Part shown: positions 26,045 through 40,267 of the stretch, in pieces | Position numbering within the stretch: position 1 is the first letter of the stretch | How the letters are laid out: each line of letters opens with the position of its first letter | Source: Sphagnum compactum | Lineage: Eukaryota | Direction of reading: 5' to 3' | DNA length: 64,000 bases | NCBI GenBank assembly: GCA_965153455.1 | Contig: OZ234493.1 | Span: 19,210,213 to 19,274,212 of the forward strand | Made by a program: the position numbers and the translations under genes | The notes under the pieces: generated by a model | The model's input: only the letters and a program-made list of their open reading frames with translations | Database searches by the model: none | Told to the model about the DNA's origin: nothing

Positions 26045-26645
26045 TTCTTGCTGCAAACAGGTTTTGCATCCCGTTGCTTCTAGCGAACGTGAGAAGTTGG
26101 GAACGTGAGGTTCTTCTACTAGTAGATCTTGCGTCCCCTTGCATGTAGCGAACGTAAGAACTGGGATCATGACGTCCTCCATTAAGCAGGTTTTGCGTCC
26201 GGTTGCTTTTAGCGAACGTGAGAACTTGGGAACGTTAATGTCTTCGACCAGCAGGTTTTGCGTCCCCGCGAACATGAGAACTGGGAGCACAACGTTCTCC
26301 GATTAGCGTCCCGTTACTTTTAGCGAACGCGAGACCTTGAGAACGTTATATTCTTCGACCCCTCGCGTGCCCTTGCATTTAGCGAACGTGAGAACTTGGG
26401 AACGTTACGTTCTTCAGTTAGAGGGTTTTTCGTCCCCTTGGTGAGAACTGGGAGCATGACGTTCTTCGAGTTAGCATGTTTTGCGTCCCTTTGCATCTAG
26501 CGAACGTGAGAACTGGGAGTATGACATTCTTCGACCAGCATGTTTTGCGTCCCCTTGCATCTAGCGAACGTGAGAACTGGGATCATGACGTTCTTTGACT
26601 AGCAGGTCTTGCGTTCCCTTGCATCTAAGGAACGTGAGGGCTGGC
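26045..26645. repeat. Tandem array of about 10 degenerate ~55-66 bp units
   Basis: Core TAGCGAACGTGAGAACT(T)GGGA recurs near 26081, 26147, 26210, 26268, 26322, 26380, 26441 (partial), 26498, 26562 and 26626. Confidence 0.9.
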
Positions 26646-29165
26646 GAACCGACCGGTGTTGTGCGGTTATTTGAATCTATAAAGAACTGCCGGATTCGGT
26701 TCTTAGAACAAACAAATCACAATCTAAGAACCGTTTGTCTGGGCTGTTCCAAGACCCTCAAAGAACCAGCGGTTTTCACGAAAGAACCAGCGGTTTTCAC
26801 TGGCAAATTTACGGTCGGTTATTTCGATTTTTCAAAATTTTGAGGATGCCGGGGGTCGTATATCAGAACTCAGTCTTCGATTTTTGAGAACCGTGGTTAT
26901 GAGTCCGAAAAGCCCTGATAACGTCGGGGTCTGTTCCAACATCTGCCGGTTCTCAATTTTAGGTGGGTTCTAGCTTCGATGGTTCATTCTAGTCTATGAT
27001 TGGGACTAATTGGCATAATATTGACCATAGTTGGTAAAACTAATTTATTTTTTTTCCTAAAAAGAAGGTTTTGTTAGCTAATGTAAAATGAAATTGGTGA
27101 TATGGTTTGACAATTTGTAATACAAAATAAATAAGTTTGTGATCTGTAATCAATCAAATATTAATTAAATAATATTAGTAGCATTACATAATATTAGTAG
27201 CATTACACCAAACACAAACATAAGTAGTTTAAAATTAATTAAATAAGTATGTAATTAATATTGATTTCCATCGTTCATTATGATTGTTCATTTTAATTGG
27301 TTTTTGATTGTAACATGTGGCACAATCAAAAGTTGACATATGACATATTAATTGAATTTTGAAAGAATAAAATTTGAATTTTGTATTTAAGTAGCTAAGT
27401 AGGTGGATATCTAAACTAAAAACCTACCAACCTAAGTAAAATTAGGTAGGTAGGACATACCTACCTACTTAGACCACATGCCTACATACCTACACAGGTA
27501 CGTAACACCTACCTATATTACATACCTATTTACTTACTTCAGCCTTAATTAATTCTTGAACTTTTTTTCAAAGGTCTACACATATATATAATGAATAAAC
27601 ATACAAAACCTCAAACCATTCAAAAGAAAATACATTTGAATTTTGTTGTTTAATGACAACTCACAAAATGTTTCTTCATGAGAATATATGATTTGACAAG
27701 TTGCAACATTTTTTTATGCAAAAGAATTTTATGGCAAACATAAATAAAATGTGAAAAAGTCATTTGTCTTCATTAATGATAAAATTGGTATTAACATTTC
27801 ATATTACATTATGAAATAACTAGTACACTATGTCAATAAACAATACTATATTATATTTTAGTTATAATATTATGTAATATATTGGTTATTACATGTTAAG
27901 TATTAAATATAATGTAGATGACAATGTATGTCATACATATTTACATACATAAAGACATGCACATAATTACATTATAATGCTCTAATGTTATACATTTGTT
28001 GTATTTATACGATAAATGTAATTAAAATATTTATAGATAAAATTTTAAATATACATGTATTATTTATTGCATATCTTCCAAGTAAACTTGGAATGAAGCA
28101 TGAAACATTACGAGCATTAAGCAATGGTCAAATCTTGAAAGACATCGAGAAGAAAAATGCTGCAAAGGTTCAAAGAGGAGCTCGTGAATGCCTAATGCCC
28201 AACCTAGACTCTGGATACTTGTTTGCTAATATAACAACTTGAGAGCTTCGCGAGGAGAGGTATGGTGTGACACAAGAGACATGAACCTTAACTCTTCACA
28301 AGAAGGGTTTTTCACCCTTCACAGGAAGGGTGTTTGAGAGGAATGATGTGAATACAACAACAGATTGGCAGAGAAGAGTCTCTTAAAAATCTGTGGATGT
28401 GAATGGAGTTCGGACATTGCTATATCATAAGAACAATATTTTCATGAAGATGGGATGCTCTGTGCTTTTAGGCCAATTTCCAATGTTCAAGCCAATATAT
28501 GGAAGAGAGCAATAGTCACACTGCAGAAGTTCACTGAGGCCTGATGCACCCAACTAGCATAAAACAAGATTGCCAGCAAGATCAGTGGAACATCTTGAAG
28601 TTATCTGCCATAACACACCTAGAAGAGCATGGTGATGGACACAACAAAGTTGACAAATAACTAATTGTGGTGTTATCAACCTCACAGGCAAAGCACCAGT
28701 TGTCCAGGGGTTGGAGGAGGTTTGGGCTACAGCCAGAAGGACACCCCCTCCTCTTTGACCAGCACCTCTCTTAAGGAGGAAGAAGAAAACCAAGGTTAGT
28801 CAGTAACTTACTTTGTTCAACCTTGACTATGAATTACAAAAAAGAAGTATGGAAGAGCTAGCAACATTGACTATGCATTACAATCTACCATGGCCTGATC
28901 AACTATCCATAACAACCTACCATGGCCTTCATAGTGAAAAGTCTCCAATTACACATAGGTGACTTGGGTCGAAAGCAATACAATAGGTATAGACCCTAGA
29001 TAGCTACTTTTGTGGCATCTCCTCCACTGTCACACACAGATGCAGAATACAGAACATACAAGTACCCCTGAGTACACAAAATGTCCAGCAAAGTAGTAAA
29101 GGTGGCAAAAGTTGCGGTTATCTCCCTTTGCAGCTTCTTCCACTCTGAGTCCGTTTGTGCATTTT

Positions 29166-32100
29166 TCACTTACAAGCTGTTAACAAGGAGTTGACCACAT
29201 GTATAACAAGCCTCAGATTGGCTTGGTCCCCTGGAACAGTTGTGTGGATCAGTTGACGATGCAAATTTTGGTACAGCTGTTCCAAAAAGGGTCGCATGTG
29301 TGGGGCCAACACTGGGTCATTAGGGTTAAGAACCAATGCAGCCTCACGGATCCACGACAGCTTTCGTCCTGTGTCATTGCTCAAATCACAGCCCAGCTGT
29401 TGCACGAGTGACAAAACAACTCCTTGGCTCAATGGCAGAGGTACTGTTGAAAACACCACCGCCTCATCCAACTGCCAAGAGAAACAACCACATCCTTCAG
29501 AAACAAACTGCTTGTGGGAAATAAGTCAGAGCCATCAAATGTGCCATATAAAACATGTGATGATAGATGGGGAGAAACTTGCAGGTCCAGTAACATACCT
29601 GCATGCACAACCAGGACACAATTGCCACATTGCTGAGAGAGAGTGCCTTGTTGAAAGCTTCTTCCAGCTTACCCTCACTGACAAGTCTTGTTAGCTCAAT
29701 TGTGGGGTCAAGAGATTCCTCCAGGTGTTGCAAAGACAGCACCTACATACACGTCGCAATCAATACCTTGACTTGTCCACCACAAATAAGTTCACATGAA
29801 CCTTCTAAACATTCAACAATTTCCCATCATCAAATTTGGAAGATGCCATGCTTATATTTTAAACATGACTACTCTTGCCAAACATATGCTTGGACATTTT
29901 CAAGCCCGAAGAGAATGAAGCAGATGTATGTAATGAGGAAATCAGCTAATCACTGACAATGATGTAGCCAACTTTAGGGGAAGAGATTGATAACCTTGTC
30001 AGGGATGTTCATCTGCTTGGCTATGTGTGAGTTGTGTACTGCACTTGCACTGGCATTCTCTGCAAGTGCTACTAGATTCCTTTGGCCCTCAGCTAACTCA
30101 CCCTTCAAAGAAGTTGCAAGTGATGTTGCTGAGGCCACTGTCTCCTGCAGAACCACAAATTCCAGACACACTGTCAGAAGTAGTCCTCATTGTCAAGGCA
30201 CTTTGCTTTGGATAAAAGTGTTCAGGTACAGGATTGTCAATAAAAGGGGAACATTGTTTAGTGGTCACTAACAGCACAATGTGGACATGCAGATCTTCCT
30301 GTCAAGGATTCTGACTTCTGCCTGGGTGGTCATGCTATGGATGACAGGTTTAATTCTAACCATCAAATTAGTTGGTTTGACTGGCAACCCAGTAATAGAA
30401 ATAGAGACATGAGGAGCAGAACAATTTCTGATTTGAGCAGAAGCCAACCTGCAGGGTGGATGCAAGAGCTGAGTGTGATGATGCAAGTTCTTGTTGGGCA
30501 CGAGAAGTGTACTCAGCCATGCCATGCTGGAAAGAAGATTCAACTTGCTCAAACATGGACCGGCATGAGCGCTCAAATGATGGGATGACTGTGCTCTCAA
30601 AACATGTGCGCAAGGCCTCCTGCACCATACCACATTATCACAAGCTATCATGAGTAAGATTTATATCTCATAAAACCAAGTATATACTGACAGGTCACAA
30701 TAACGGGCAGTCCGTCTTGTGTCAGTTCATGCCAGAAATCAATGCTTAATAACTAAACAGAGTGACTGACCTGAAGTGCCTGCCGACCAATAGTTTGAAA
30801 CTGTGTCTGTAGCTGTCTGGTTACTGTCCCCTCCAATTTAGCTCCCACTGACTTTTCCAGCTGTGGAAGCATTCTCTCTGTTACACCCTTCTGTGCAGAC
30901 AGCCCACCCACCCACCCTTTCCTTCTGTCAGTCCAGAATGTGAAGCTGAGATTCAACTATCTCAGTGCCTCATGATTAAGCTGCTGACTTCTGATTGGTG
31001 AGAAGTGTTCTCATAAGGATTTTCTTGGAGAAGCCTTGCAATTGTAGGCCCCGAAAAGTTTGGAAAAAGAGAGGAAGACAAGAGGGAAAGAGAGGGTGTA
31101 TTTGTCAGGAAGTGAGTACCTAGGAACCTTGCCAGGAAAGACCTATAGCGCAATGCAAAGAGATATGGAAGAAGTCAGAAGCAAAGAAAACTTACCTGAA
31201 AGGATTCAGCGACAGTTGTGGCAACTACATTCTGAAGGGGAGGCAGCACTGCCTGAGCAACAGCTGGACCAATGGCAGCAAACTCCTTCTTGAACCCTCG
31301 CTCCAGAGCAACTGGCATATCCTTGTTTACAAAATTGGTCAGGAGTGTAGTGACCTGCTGTACCCTTTCACGCTCCAACTTCTCTCTCTTTGCGTTCTCT
31401 TCCGCTAATCGTGCCCACATGGCATCCACGTGGGCCTTGAGAACCTTCTCCATCCGCTGCCCCAGTGCTCCTGATACAGTGCAACAGAAACACATTGGCA
31501 CCTCTCCTCACATGAGTTTGCTTCCTCTAACTCAAAAGTTTCTGGGAACACGAAGAAGCACTAGCAGGTAACCCATGCCTGTCAGCTCTGCTGGCTAGCT
31601 TAAACGATGGTAGACATAGGATTTCAGTTGGTTGACCCTACTGTACGATGCAGTATTTGTGGTCAAGGAGAAGAGGCTGACATATAGCATGACAGCATAA
31701 AGTGCAAGTACCAAACATTCCAAAACTACAAGGTCCACAACTGTCAACAGGGCAAACCCAAACCAGTCCAGGAACCACCTCATGTTGACCACTCAAAACA
31801 GAGAGACAGCCTGCAAATGTATGCATATGGAACGATTCAAGATTTTACAATTGGCACTGGGCATACCTTCCATGCGTTTGCCCTCCTTGTTAACTGGCAC
31901 TGCCACCATAACAGTCATTTGTTTGTGCAACTCTTTCTGCATGGAAACCAACTGAAAAGCCCACACCCAACCAGTAGATGACAACACAAGTCAATTTCCT
32001 CATGTCATTTCAGAGATTGAAGGAAACATGACAATGAGTGCAGTCATGACCTTATGAGAGGTCCTCACAAAGTGTCAGACCATCACCATCATCATGAGTA

Positions 32101-35100
32101 GCAGTGATGAGCTGCCATGGCTACCCAGACAATTATCTCAAAAGATCTCCAAATGAACAGCTCACACTGAACTTCAGCACATATGTGACTGCATATGGCT
32201 GCCAACTATTGCACAATGACAAGTCAAATGCCTCAAGAGATTCTTGTTGACGTACCAAAATCTAAGGCACATGAGCTAATAAGCAGCAGATCAATGACAT
32301 GGCACTTTTATCTGGAAGGAACTATGACTGCACAAAATACAAATTTTCCATACCTGGTTCAGTGCATCCTGCATTGTGGCCACCTGGGCAGCTAATCCAG
32401 GATCCAAGGGAGCTGAATTCATGTTGTAAGAAGTCTCCCCTTCTGGCATTGATCCAGGAGTCATCAGATCTGGTATCTGGGGAGACGACTGCACTGCTGC
32501 AGGCTCAACCCCACCATCATATGTCTTGTTCTTGTTCTTCCTCCCCTTTGCACTCACAGACATCTGAGGAGGTAGAGGAACAGAAGAGAAGGTCATGTCT
32601 CTCAACTGCTCACGTGCTCCATCTACAGTTACACTGATTGGATGCTCCCTTTCATCCAAAGAGTCTCCCTCTTCCACCTGTACATTCTCCTCTTTTGAGT
32701 ACATTTCAAGGAAGCCAAGCCTAGGTTGGCTTTCCTGACCTTTCTCATTGTACTGAGTACTTGCACTAGCATGTAACACTTCATGGGATGTTGACAGCAC
32801 AGAATCTCTCCCTCTGTTATCTAGGCTCTCTGACTCCACACTCTCTTTCTTCATGGCAACTGATGGATTGCTGGCATTCAAACCCTCCATGTCAAAGTGC
32901 GGTTTCGTATCCTCTGGATTTCTATCTTTAACAATAGGCTCCTGTGGAGCAGCTGCGGTTTGGACATTGTGGGTGTCAAATGACTTGGAACTACTTGCAA
33001 GATTCATAAGCTCAAAAGGGGTAATCAAGTGAGGAGGATGAACACCAGACTTTACGCTGCTGGTACTCGAGAACCCTTCTCTTTCCTCTCTACTTAGAAC
33101 ATCATCCCTCAAAGAATTGCTGCTGGAGGAGGAGTGAGCTCTCTCCAAAGTCACATTGTCAGTAGGTGTTGTTAATGAACTAGATTCTGGCTGGCTATCC
33201 AAAGGCTTCTCCAGCTTCTCAAGCTCTTCAGTTGATGAAGCTGTGCTTACAGGCACATACTGCATATCTGGTTTTGTTGGACTCTTAGAACGTGACCGTC
33301 TCTTTGATGGTTGTGGTGGCTTTGTGATGCTACTAGCTGCCATAACCTCTGGCTGACTCACTGGCATGGTGGCTACCTGAGGTACAGAGACTCTGGTTGA
33401 CTGATTTGCTGGTGTTGTTTCAGATGGGGGCTTCCCATAATCGTCAAGCATTTCCTTTACAGGAACTGTACCCAGCTTGGTTATATCCAATGCTGTGGTC
33501 CTCTCTGTCCCCGCATGTGAGACATCTCGGTGGCCAACCTCAACCGGGCTCCCAAATGCTGATGAAGCAGTCATGCTGCGGGGTGGAACACTCACACTCG
33601 GACCAGTCAGGACAGTTGCTGTTGTACTCCCCAGCTCCAGGAAATCTCCTGCCCCCTTCTCATTAGCTGAGATTTGAGCAGTATCATGTGTCTGGGGCAA
33701 CACTGGGACTTTCTCCAGCGTTGATGGAGGCTCTGAGCTATATTCTTCATTGGGAGGAGGCAGGCACTGTGACACATCTAGGATGTACTGCTGTATGGCT
33801 TGTGTTTGCACACAGTACACTTGCACAGTACCCTCTTTCTCTTCTGCAACTGTAAGGCTAAGAATGGGGAATGTAACCGAAAACTCAGCCAAATAGTTCA
33901 TTCTCGCAGGAACTGTGCCAACTCCAAACTCAACATGCACTGCATAGATAGCATTCCTCTTTGCATTTGCCAACAAAATGAGGCTCGCCTGAGGTGCTAC
34001 TGCAAGTTGGTTGAAGAAGGCATTCTCAAGTTTGCCTTCCGCAGACGAGCTCTGGAATTCCAGGGTCTGAATGCAATGCCACATTCCTGTATTGAGTTTT
34101 GACAGTGATCCTTCTTGGCTACCAATTGACGCCCACAGCTTTAGCACCCGATTAAGGGGACCCTGCGAAAATTATGCAATATAAATTTCAGTCTGCCTAC
34201 TCAAGCAAAACATCACAACCTCCCCAAAAGGCCTTTGCTTATCTGCTAACTTGTTTGTATCAAATTCTCAGCCAGTTTCTGCTGTGAACCACATGCAGGG
34301 CAAAGAACAGTGCAACAAGCAGAAATAGAATCTGTACCGCAGTAAGGAGGGTGTGATCATCAGGGCGATCTGGTGCAGACAAAAAGGCAACTGCACTCAC
34401 AGCCTCTCCATCATGTGGTAAAATTTTTGACACCAGTCTCCTTGTTTTGTCCTCCCAGATCCTCATCTAATCAAAAAAATCACCCAAGAGCACAAACAAG
34501 AACAAAATTTCAGATCATACCTTAGATGTTGATACCTTCTTGACAATGACAAGGAAAAGTGGCAGATTCCTTGATCACCCAATCTAGCCTGTCAATCTGT
34601 CTGATTGAGCAAACATTAAGAAAAAAGGGCGAGTAGATGGCCAAGAAAAAATGGAGAGAGCTTGACTCACGGTGCCATCCTGGGAGGCTGATGCCACATG
34701 AGAGGAAACAAATGAAGGAACTGCCAGGTCAGTGACTTGTTCCTCATGAGCCCCAACCACCTGGACACCTTCTAATGGGCTCTCCACCTCACAAGCAATT
34801 GGTTGCTCTGCAGTGAAGCCCCCTGGAGGTGCTTTCTGCCGCACCTTCCCTACATCAATTGTCAACACAAACTTGCCAATTGCCACCACCAGAACATCCT
34901 GCATACATAGCACAGTTGAGGGCTATCTCCTTAGATCCACATTTCAAATATGTCTGCATCCTTAATATCTACTCAACAGTAATCACTTCACTGATCAAGG
35001 AAAGCCATCAACCCACATTCCCTGAACAATTCTCTCATGATTAGATCAGTCACTACAGCGAAGGTGTTCATAGGAAAAACAAGGAAAAGGACTTCCATAC

Positions 35101-37546
35101 CATCCATTCTGCACAAGGGAGGACTTATTCCACCCCCTTGATGCAGACATGTAAATAACATGCATACCCCTTGCAATGATGACCAATTGCTCAATAATGG
35201 ATTCCAAGGAGGAATAAAAGCTACCTGCATCTGTGAATGCCAGCAAACACGGGGATGACAAGACTCCCAATCACCAACAATTTGTATAGCCAGCAAAGTC
35301 TGGTCTGATATGATTAGTTTCCCATCCTCTGATGGCCCCTCCACTATCTTCCGAACCAAAACACGACCATCTGCACTTGCACTGCATTACACAGAAACAA
35401 CATAAACCCCTCCACAGAAAATCCTTCATCTAGGGAGAAGAATAACACCACTGTCTGCTGGAGATGAATTGATTGAATTTTTCTTCACAATTAGGGGGTT
35501 ACCTCCTTTAGTATCTTTCTAGCCACTATTGTAAGGCTGAATTGGTCATCTATTCCTCCCACAACGACTTGGAGGTCCCTACATTCCTACACTTTGGATG
35601 AATGGGTGACCTGATGACCTATATATCGCTGAGTTGACTACAACGGGTGGAATTGCTTGATGTAGCAGTGATTTGAGCCACAAAGCTTGCAACATAGCCA
35701 TAAGTCCTACAATCTTGATGTCTAGTCCAAGGATTAAATCAGTGGATGGAATAGATGCCAAGAATCTTTCATGAAATGTTGAATAAGTTTAGGACACTCA
35801 GGGTCTTTTGCCTAGGATTTTATCCAATATGAATCAATCAAGGAATAATAAACACCACCAAGGTCGAAGTAACTTGAAATAGGTTTACCTTGCAAGCAGA
35901 TGCACATCCTCCCCAAAGAAAGACATATCTGTCACCCTCTGTCACCAAAAGAAAAGCCAGTAAGACAACCACCTGGCAAAGGAAAGTCTAGCTTCTACAT
36001 GGTTACTTTAGGCCTAACCCCTAAGACTTAGACTGGAAAAGGTATTCAGCTCACATCATGATCCAAGGGGAACTGAAATTTCTGAAGTACTGAGAATTCC
36101 TGCATACTTACAAGTCATGCCAACCTGAATTAAATTTAGAGATGAACAGTAATAAGATTATAGATATTTCCAAGCCAACAGCACATCAATGAACAGGAAA
36201 AAGAGGAAACCCAACCCTAAATAATTGAGAGAAAAAATGAGTGGTTTTGAACAACAGTGACAGTCATACATGGGTTTAGTCACCTTCAACAACGTGTATG
36301 GTAGAGTGACCAGCTATCATTACATTCCCACTGACTTCATAAGCTCCTGGCAGTGGGTCAAGGTCAATGTCATACATTTACCAACAGATTAAGTTTCTGT
36401 CACAAGACCGGTAGTGACAGGAAGACTCAGCTGTAACGTGGTCTAGCTCAACAAAAAACTAATAAGAAGGAGATGACCAAGGAAACCAAGAAGAAAGAAG
36501 GAGAACAAAAACAGAATAAATAAGGGGAGAGGAGGAGAAAGGAGAAACAAAAGAGAGAAACTTAAGAACATAATGTATTGGGGACAAAGTGTGAAAGATA
36601 GATAGAATAAGGCTGGTCCATACTATACCTGGGTATGACCACGAAGCAGGGCTCGCAAAGCAGTGTTGACATTGAGAATCCTGATGTTGCCTCCTCGCAA
36701 CCCATAGCATATGTACCTCCTATTTACTGCTATCTGCCTTCCCATTAGTAGAACTGGATCAGATGTGTAAACAGTGATTGGGCTAACTTCAAGTTGTGGT
36801 TGGGCTTCCCCGCTCCTCCGCACATCCACGTCATATACAACATGTTCTCCTCTCAGAGACCGGCCTTTTGGCAACTTGTTACTGGAAAATCTGGAAGATG
36901 AAGAAGAGAGCACCAAATTTACAGGTGGGGCAGTTGGCATTGCTGGGGCTATAGCAGGTGGGGGAACAGAAACCTCTGGTGTGTTTCCATGTGAGGAACG
37001 GGGGCGCTCTATGGAACTTTGAGGAGGTCCTGCAACAGTGGTGCGGGTTTCGTCCTCTTTGCTTGGACCATCACTTCCTGAATGTGTGGTCAAAAGAGCC
37101 ATAAGGCGGGCACCATCCAGTGGCAATGCAGCAGCTGGATTTGGGCTGCCACTGCCATGCAGCATTGGAGACCTTGGGAGTGATGAGAGAGGGGGATTGG
37201 GCTGTGGAAGATGGGAAACAGGGGTAGCTTGTGTAAACTGCTGTGATTGCTGTTGCTGACTGAGAGCACTCGAGGTGTATGGTGACTGTAGCCTGGGTCC
37301 ATGCTCCTGCGGATATGGCATATAAGGGTGGTACATAGGGGAAGGCCCCTGTTGTTGTGGTCCAGATCCATACTGATAAGACTGTACAGGCATGCTTGGG
37401 AATGAGCTTGCATTGGATGAGAAGTTACTTGCAGCAGGATACTGACCAGGGGGAAATGAAGGATATTGTGGTGGAAAGCGCCCTGGAGGTGCCCCACTGA
37501 ACAAGTTGTGAATATCAAAACTACCGGAAGGCCCTGTTCCTCCCAT
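29166..37546 (-). CDS. VCS: Enhancer of mRNA decapping 4 / VARICOSE (WD40 + coiled-coil + Ge-1-like C-terminus), ~1513 aa, 13 coding exons
   Basis: Exons 37546-36629, 35938-35889, 35381-35225, 34898-34671, 34466-34338, 34162-32354, 31951-31867, 31470-31196, 30890-30771, 30619-30449, 30144-29995, 29742-29599, 29471-29166; phases are consistent. Motifs [92 protein letters not shown] and the terminal [14 protein letters not shown]. Confidence 0.95.
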
Positions 37547-37578
37547 GATGTTTTCGTTCCACTAAGAGACAGACACCC

Positions 37579-38645
37579 CTGCAGCAAACAGAGTGAATTA
37601 GATTTGGCGTCCACTTCTAGCCAATATCAGTATTCAACTCCACAAGTGCCATATTCAGCTATCCCACAACACAACCACGCAACAAAACACAAAGAAACCA
37701 TAGTGATACAGGAAGCCTCAAATTCCACATTAGCTTTCCATCTGAACAAAGCATAATCTTGAGCCAAGGTAGACAGAAAGCAAGAAGCTATAATCAAAAG
37801 CCTTGGACCCTGCAGCTGAGAACACAAGAACAAAAACAATCAGACCCTAGTATTTGGAAGGCATGACAGACAGACAGACAGAGAGAACACCAAGATCCCC
37901 AGAAACATCAGCAGCAATGACACAATGTCTGGAGACAAGAATGGTTAGTGCAATTCCATCTGCATGACTGCTGCAAGGATGCAAGGCAATGAGATTACTC
38001 AGAGCTTCATTCAAGAACATATAAGCCCTAGATTATCACACAACCTCTTCCCACCCTTTCCAGGGGCTTAAACAGATGGGTCCAAAGTTACAAGAAACAT
38101 CAAGAATCATGCCCCTGCCTGGTACTGAACATAAAAATACCACTCACAAGGTCCAGATAAGAATGGTACCAATACATGACTGTTTTTTGTCTCCTGACAC
38201 AACAAAAAGCTTTCCAGCATCACTTTTGTAACAGTCATAAAACATGTCCATAGCTTGCCACCAAAAAGAAAAATCGCCACACTCAAGAATTCAAAAATCC
38301 TCCCAGGCTTCCACAATTTTATAACAAAAAGACGTCGCCTCAAAGAGCCGCCCTTCCTATATAGGTAGTCAGTTAGACACGCGCGCAAAAAGAAAGGATA
38401 CAAAAAATCCGAACCACATATGACATGAATTTGAAACCCAGCAACCGCTTGGCTCTCAAGGACCAGAAAATGAGCACAAACTATGCGTACATTTCTACTG
38501 GTAATAATGCTCTTTCGCCTTTCAAAGTCCAAAGAAGATTCACCCAAAGAAAAGACGCAACAAAGGAAAAAAAGAGAAAGAGTCAAGAAGGAGAAGGAGG
38601 AGGAGGAGGAGAAGGAGGTATCATCTGATGGAAATGTTAACATAC
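37579..38645 (-). other. Probable 5'-UTR intron of VCS
   Basis: Minus-strand donor CTG|GTATG at 38645 lies downstream of a CT-rich leader (about 38850-38890). Acceptor TGCAG| ends at 37579, about 32 nt before the ATG. Confidence 0.55.
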
Positions 38646-38879
38646 CAGCAAAAAGGGAAAAAAACCGTTTGCGAAGAAGGTGTTGAAGATTTTTTCTGTG
38701 GTCTCAAGACTTGCTTCTTCTGCTGCTGTGTAGCTGCTACTAAAATGCAAGCACCCACACGACACAAATCGATCGCGACGAGCTACGAAATCGACCAAGG
38801 AAACACAGAGAAGAGCGCTGTTGCGGTGCGCGAAGAAAGCTCGAAGCTCGACGAGAGAGAAAGAGAGAGAGAGAGAGAA

Positions 38880-39135
38880 AGAAAGACTAGGGTTTAGAAG
38901 CAAAAGGTAAATACAGGGGAGGGGGGTAAATAAGTAGAGATGGTGGAAAAGGTAAAAAGGACCTGGTCTTATTTGGGCCCCACCAGGGACCACCTCCCAA
39001 AACACAGAAAAAAGACACCCAAAAAGAGAAGAAAAAAGTGGACTTAAGGCCCCACCAACCTTCCCCAAATTAATGTCTAAAATTTAGGGTTTAAAATTTT
39101 AAGCATAATCTATAAATGAAGCTTAGGGTTTGAGG
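38880..39135 (-). promoter_or_regulatory. VCS core promoter region with telo-box-like and site II-like motifs
   Basis: TAGGGTTT (telo-box-like, AAACCCTA on the - strand) near 38889, 39085 and 39124, and TGGGCCC near 38973. These lie directly upstream of the GA/CT-rich leader. Confidence 0.4.
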
Positions 39136-39958
39136 TTGAAGTGAAATTTAGAATAAAATAAAATAATATATAGTATTTGTGTGTTGTTAGAGTGTGAAAT
39201 GTGAGAGAAATTAACTTAACTACTTAAAAGAATTAATTTCTATCTTGTAATTTGAACTCCTTAAACTAGTTATGTGCTTTAAAATGTGAGAAAAAAATTA
39301 AAATTGCATTGAGAAAGAGCTTTGACAAGGAATAGAAATTGAAAATTAAGAAATAAAAGTGGGAAACCATTGCAATCTCCTTTTTTCATCCAATGAAATT
39401 AAAGCTTGTCATATTTATTGTAGAATTGATTTTAGGTATATATAATGTGAATTTGCATGTAACGAACAATTTCAACGACTCACAAATCTAATTTTTTCAA
39501 TTTGTTGAATGGAATTTTTTTTTTGATGAGAAGTAATTAGTAGAAGAAAATTTGGTGAAATGTGAATGTAGTTGCATTTTTAGCATTTAAAAATAAGTTA
39601 TTAAAGGCTATAATATACAACTAATTGTAATGTATATTATTAATTAATTAATTGTAAAACATTCCCCAAAAATTGTGGGCAATGAATGTTAAATTTCCCC
39701 CTGAACATTAGGAGAATTTTTGGACCATAGCGCCAACGACTAGGTCAATAAATAGGTACTAGGCTAGAGATTTTTCGTTACTTGTAAACAACTCCCTTTT
39801 TTATTTCAGTGTGTATTTTGAGGGATCTCCCCCACCCGAACAACCTTAGGCCGTTATGCCCAGGGAGCTCCCCCAATTTTATGTGTCCCCATGTTCCCAT
39901 GGAAATATTTCCTTTTTACGAAACAGGAAAGAAGCCAGGAAATAAAAAGAGAGTTGTT

Positions 39959-40267
39959 TATGTAAGGGAAGATTGTCGTTCTCATGTGTTCTCCTGAGGT
40001 TCGGGAACACCCTTGGACTCTATGTAAGGGAAGATTCTAGTGCTCATGTGTTCTCCTGAGGTTCGGGAACACCCTTGGACTCTATGTAAGGGAAGATTCT
40101 CGTACTCATGTGTTCTGCTGAGGTTTGGGAACACCCTTGGACTCTATGTAAGGGAAGATTCTAGTACTCAAGTGTTCTGCTGAGGTTTGGGAACACCTTG
40201 GACTCTATGTAAGGGAAGATTCTTGTACTCATGTGTTCTCCTGAGGTTGGGGAACACCCTTGGACTC
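39959..40267. repeat. Minisatellite, 5 x ~62 bp
   Basis: Unit TATGTAAGGGAAGATTCTAGTRCTCATGTGTTCTSCTGAGGTTYGGGAACACCCTTGGACTC starts at 39959, 40021, 40083, 40145 and 40206. Confidence 0.95.

Noticed and set aside
26045..26645. CRISPR-like appearance of a recurring ~22-bp core with variable intervening sequence
   Set aside because: The intervening sequences are homologous to each other, so this is a degenerate tandem repeat. The context is eukaryotic and there are no cas genes.
39959..40267. Possible CRISPR array
   Set aside because: Whole units are near-identical with no unique spacers.
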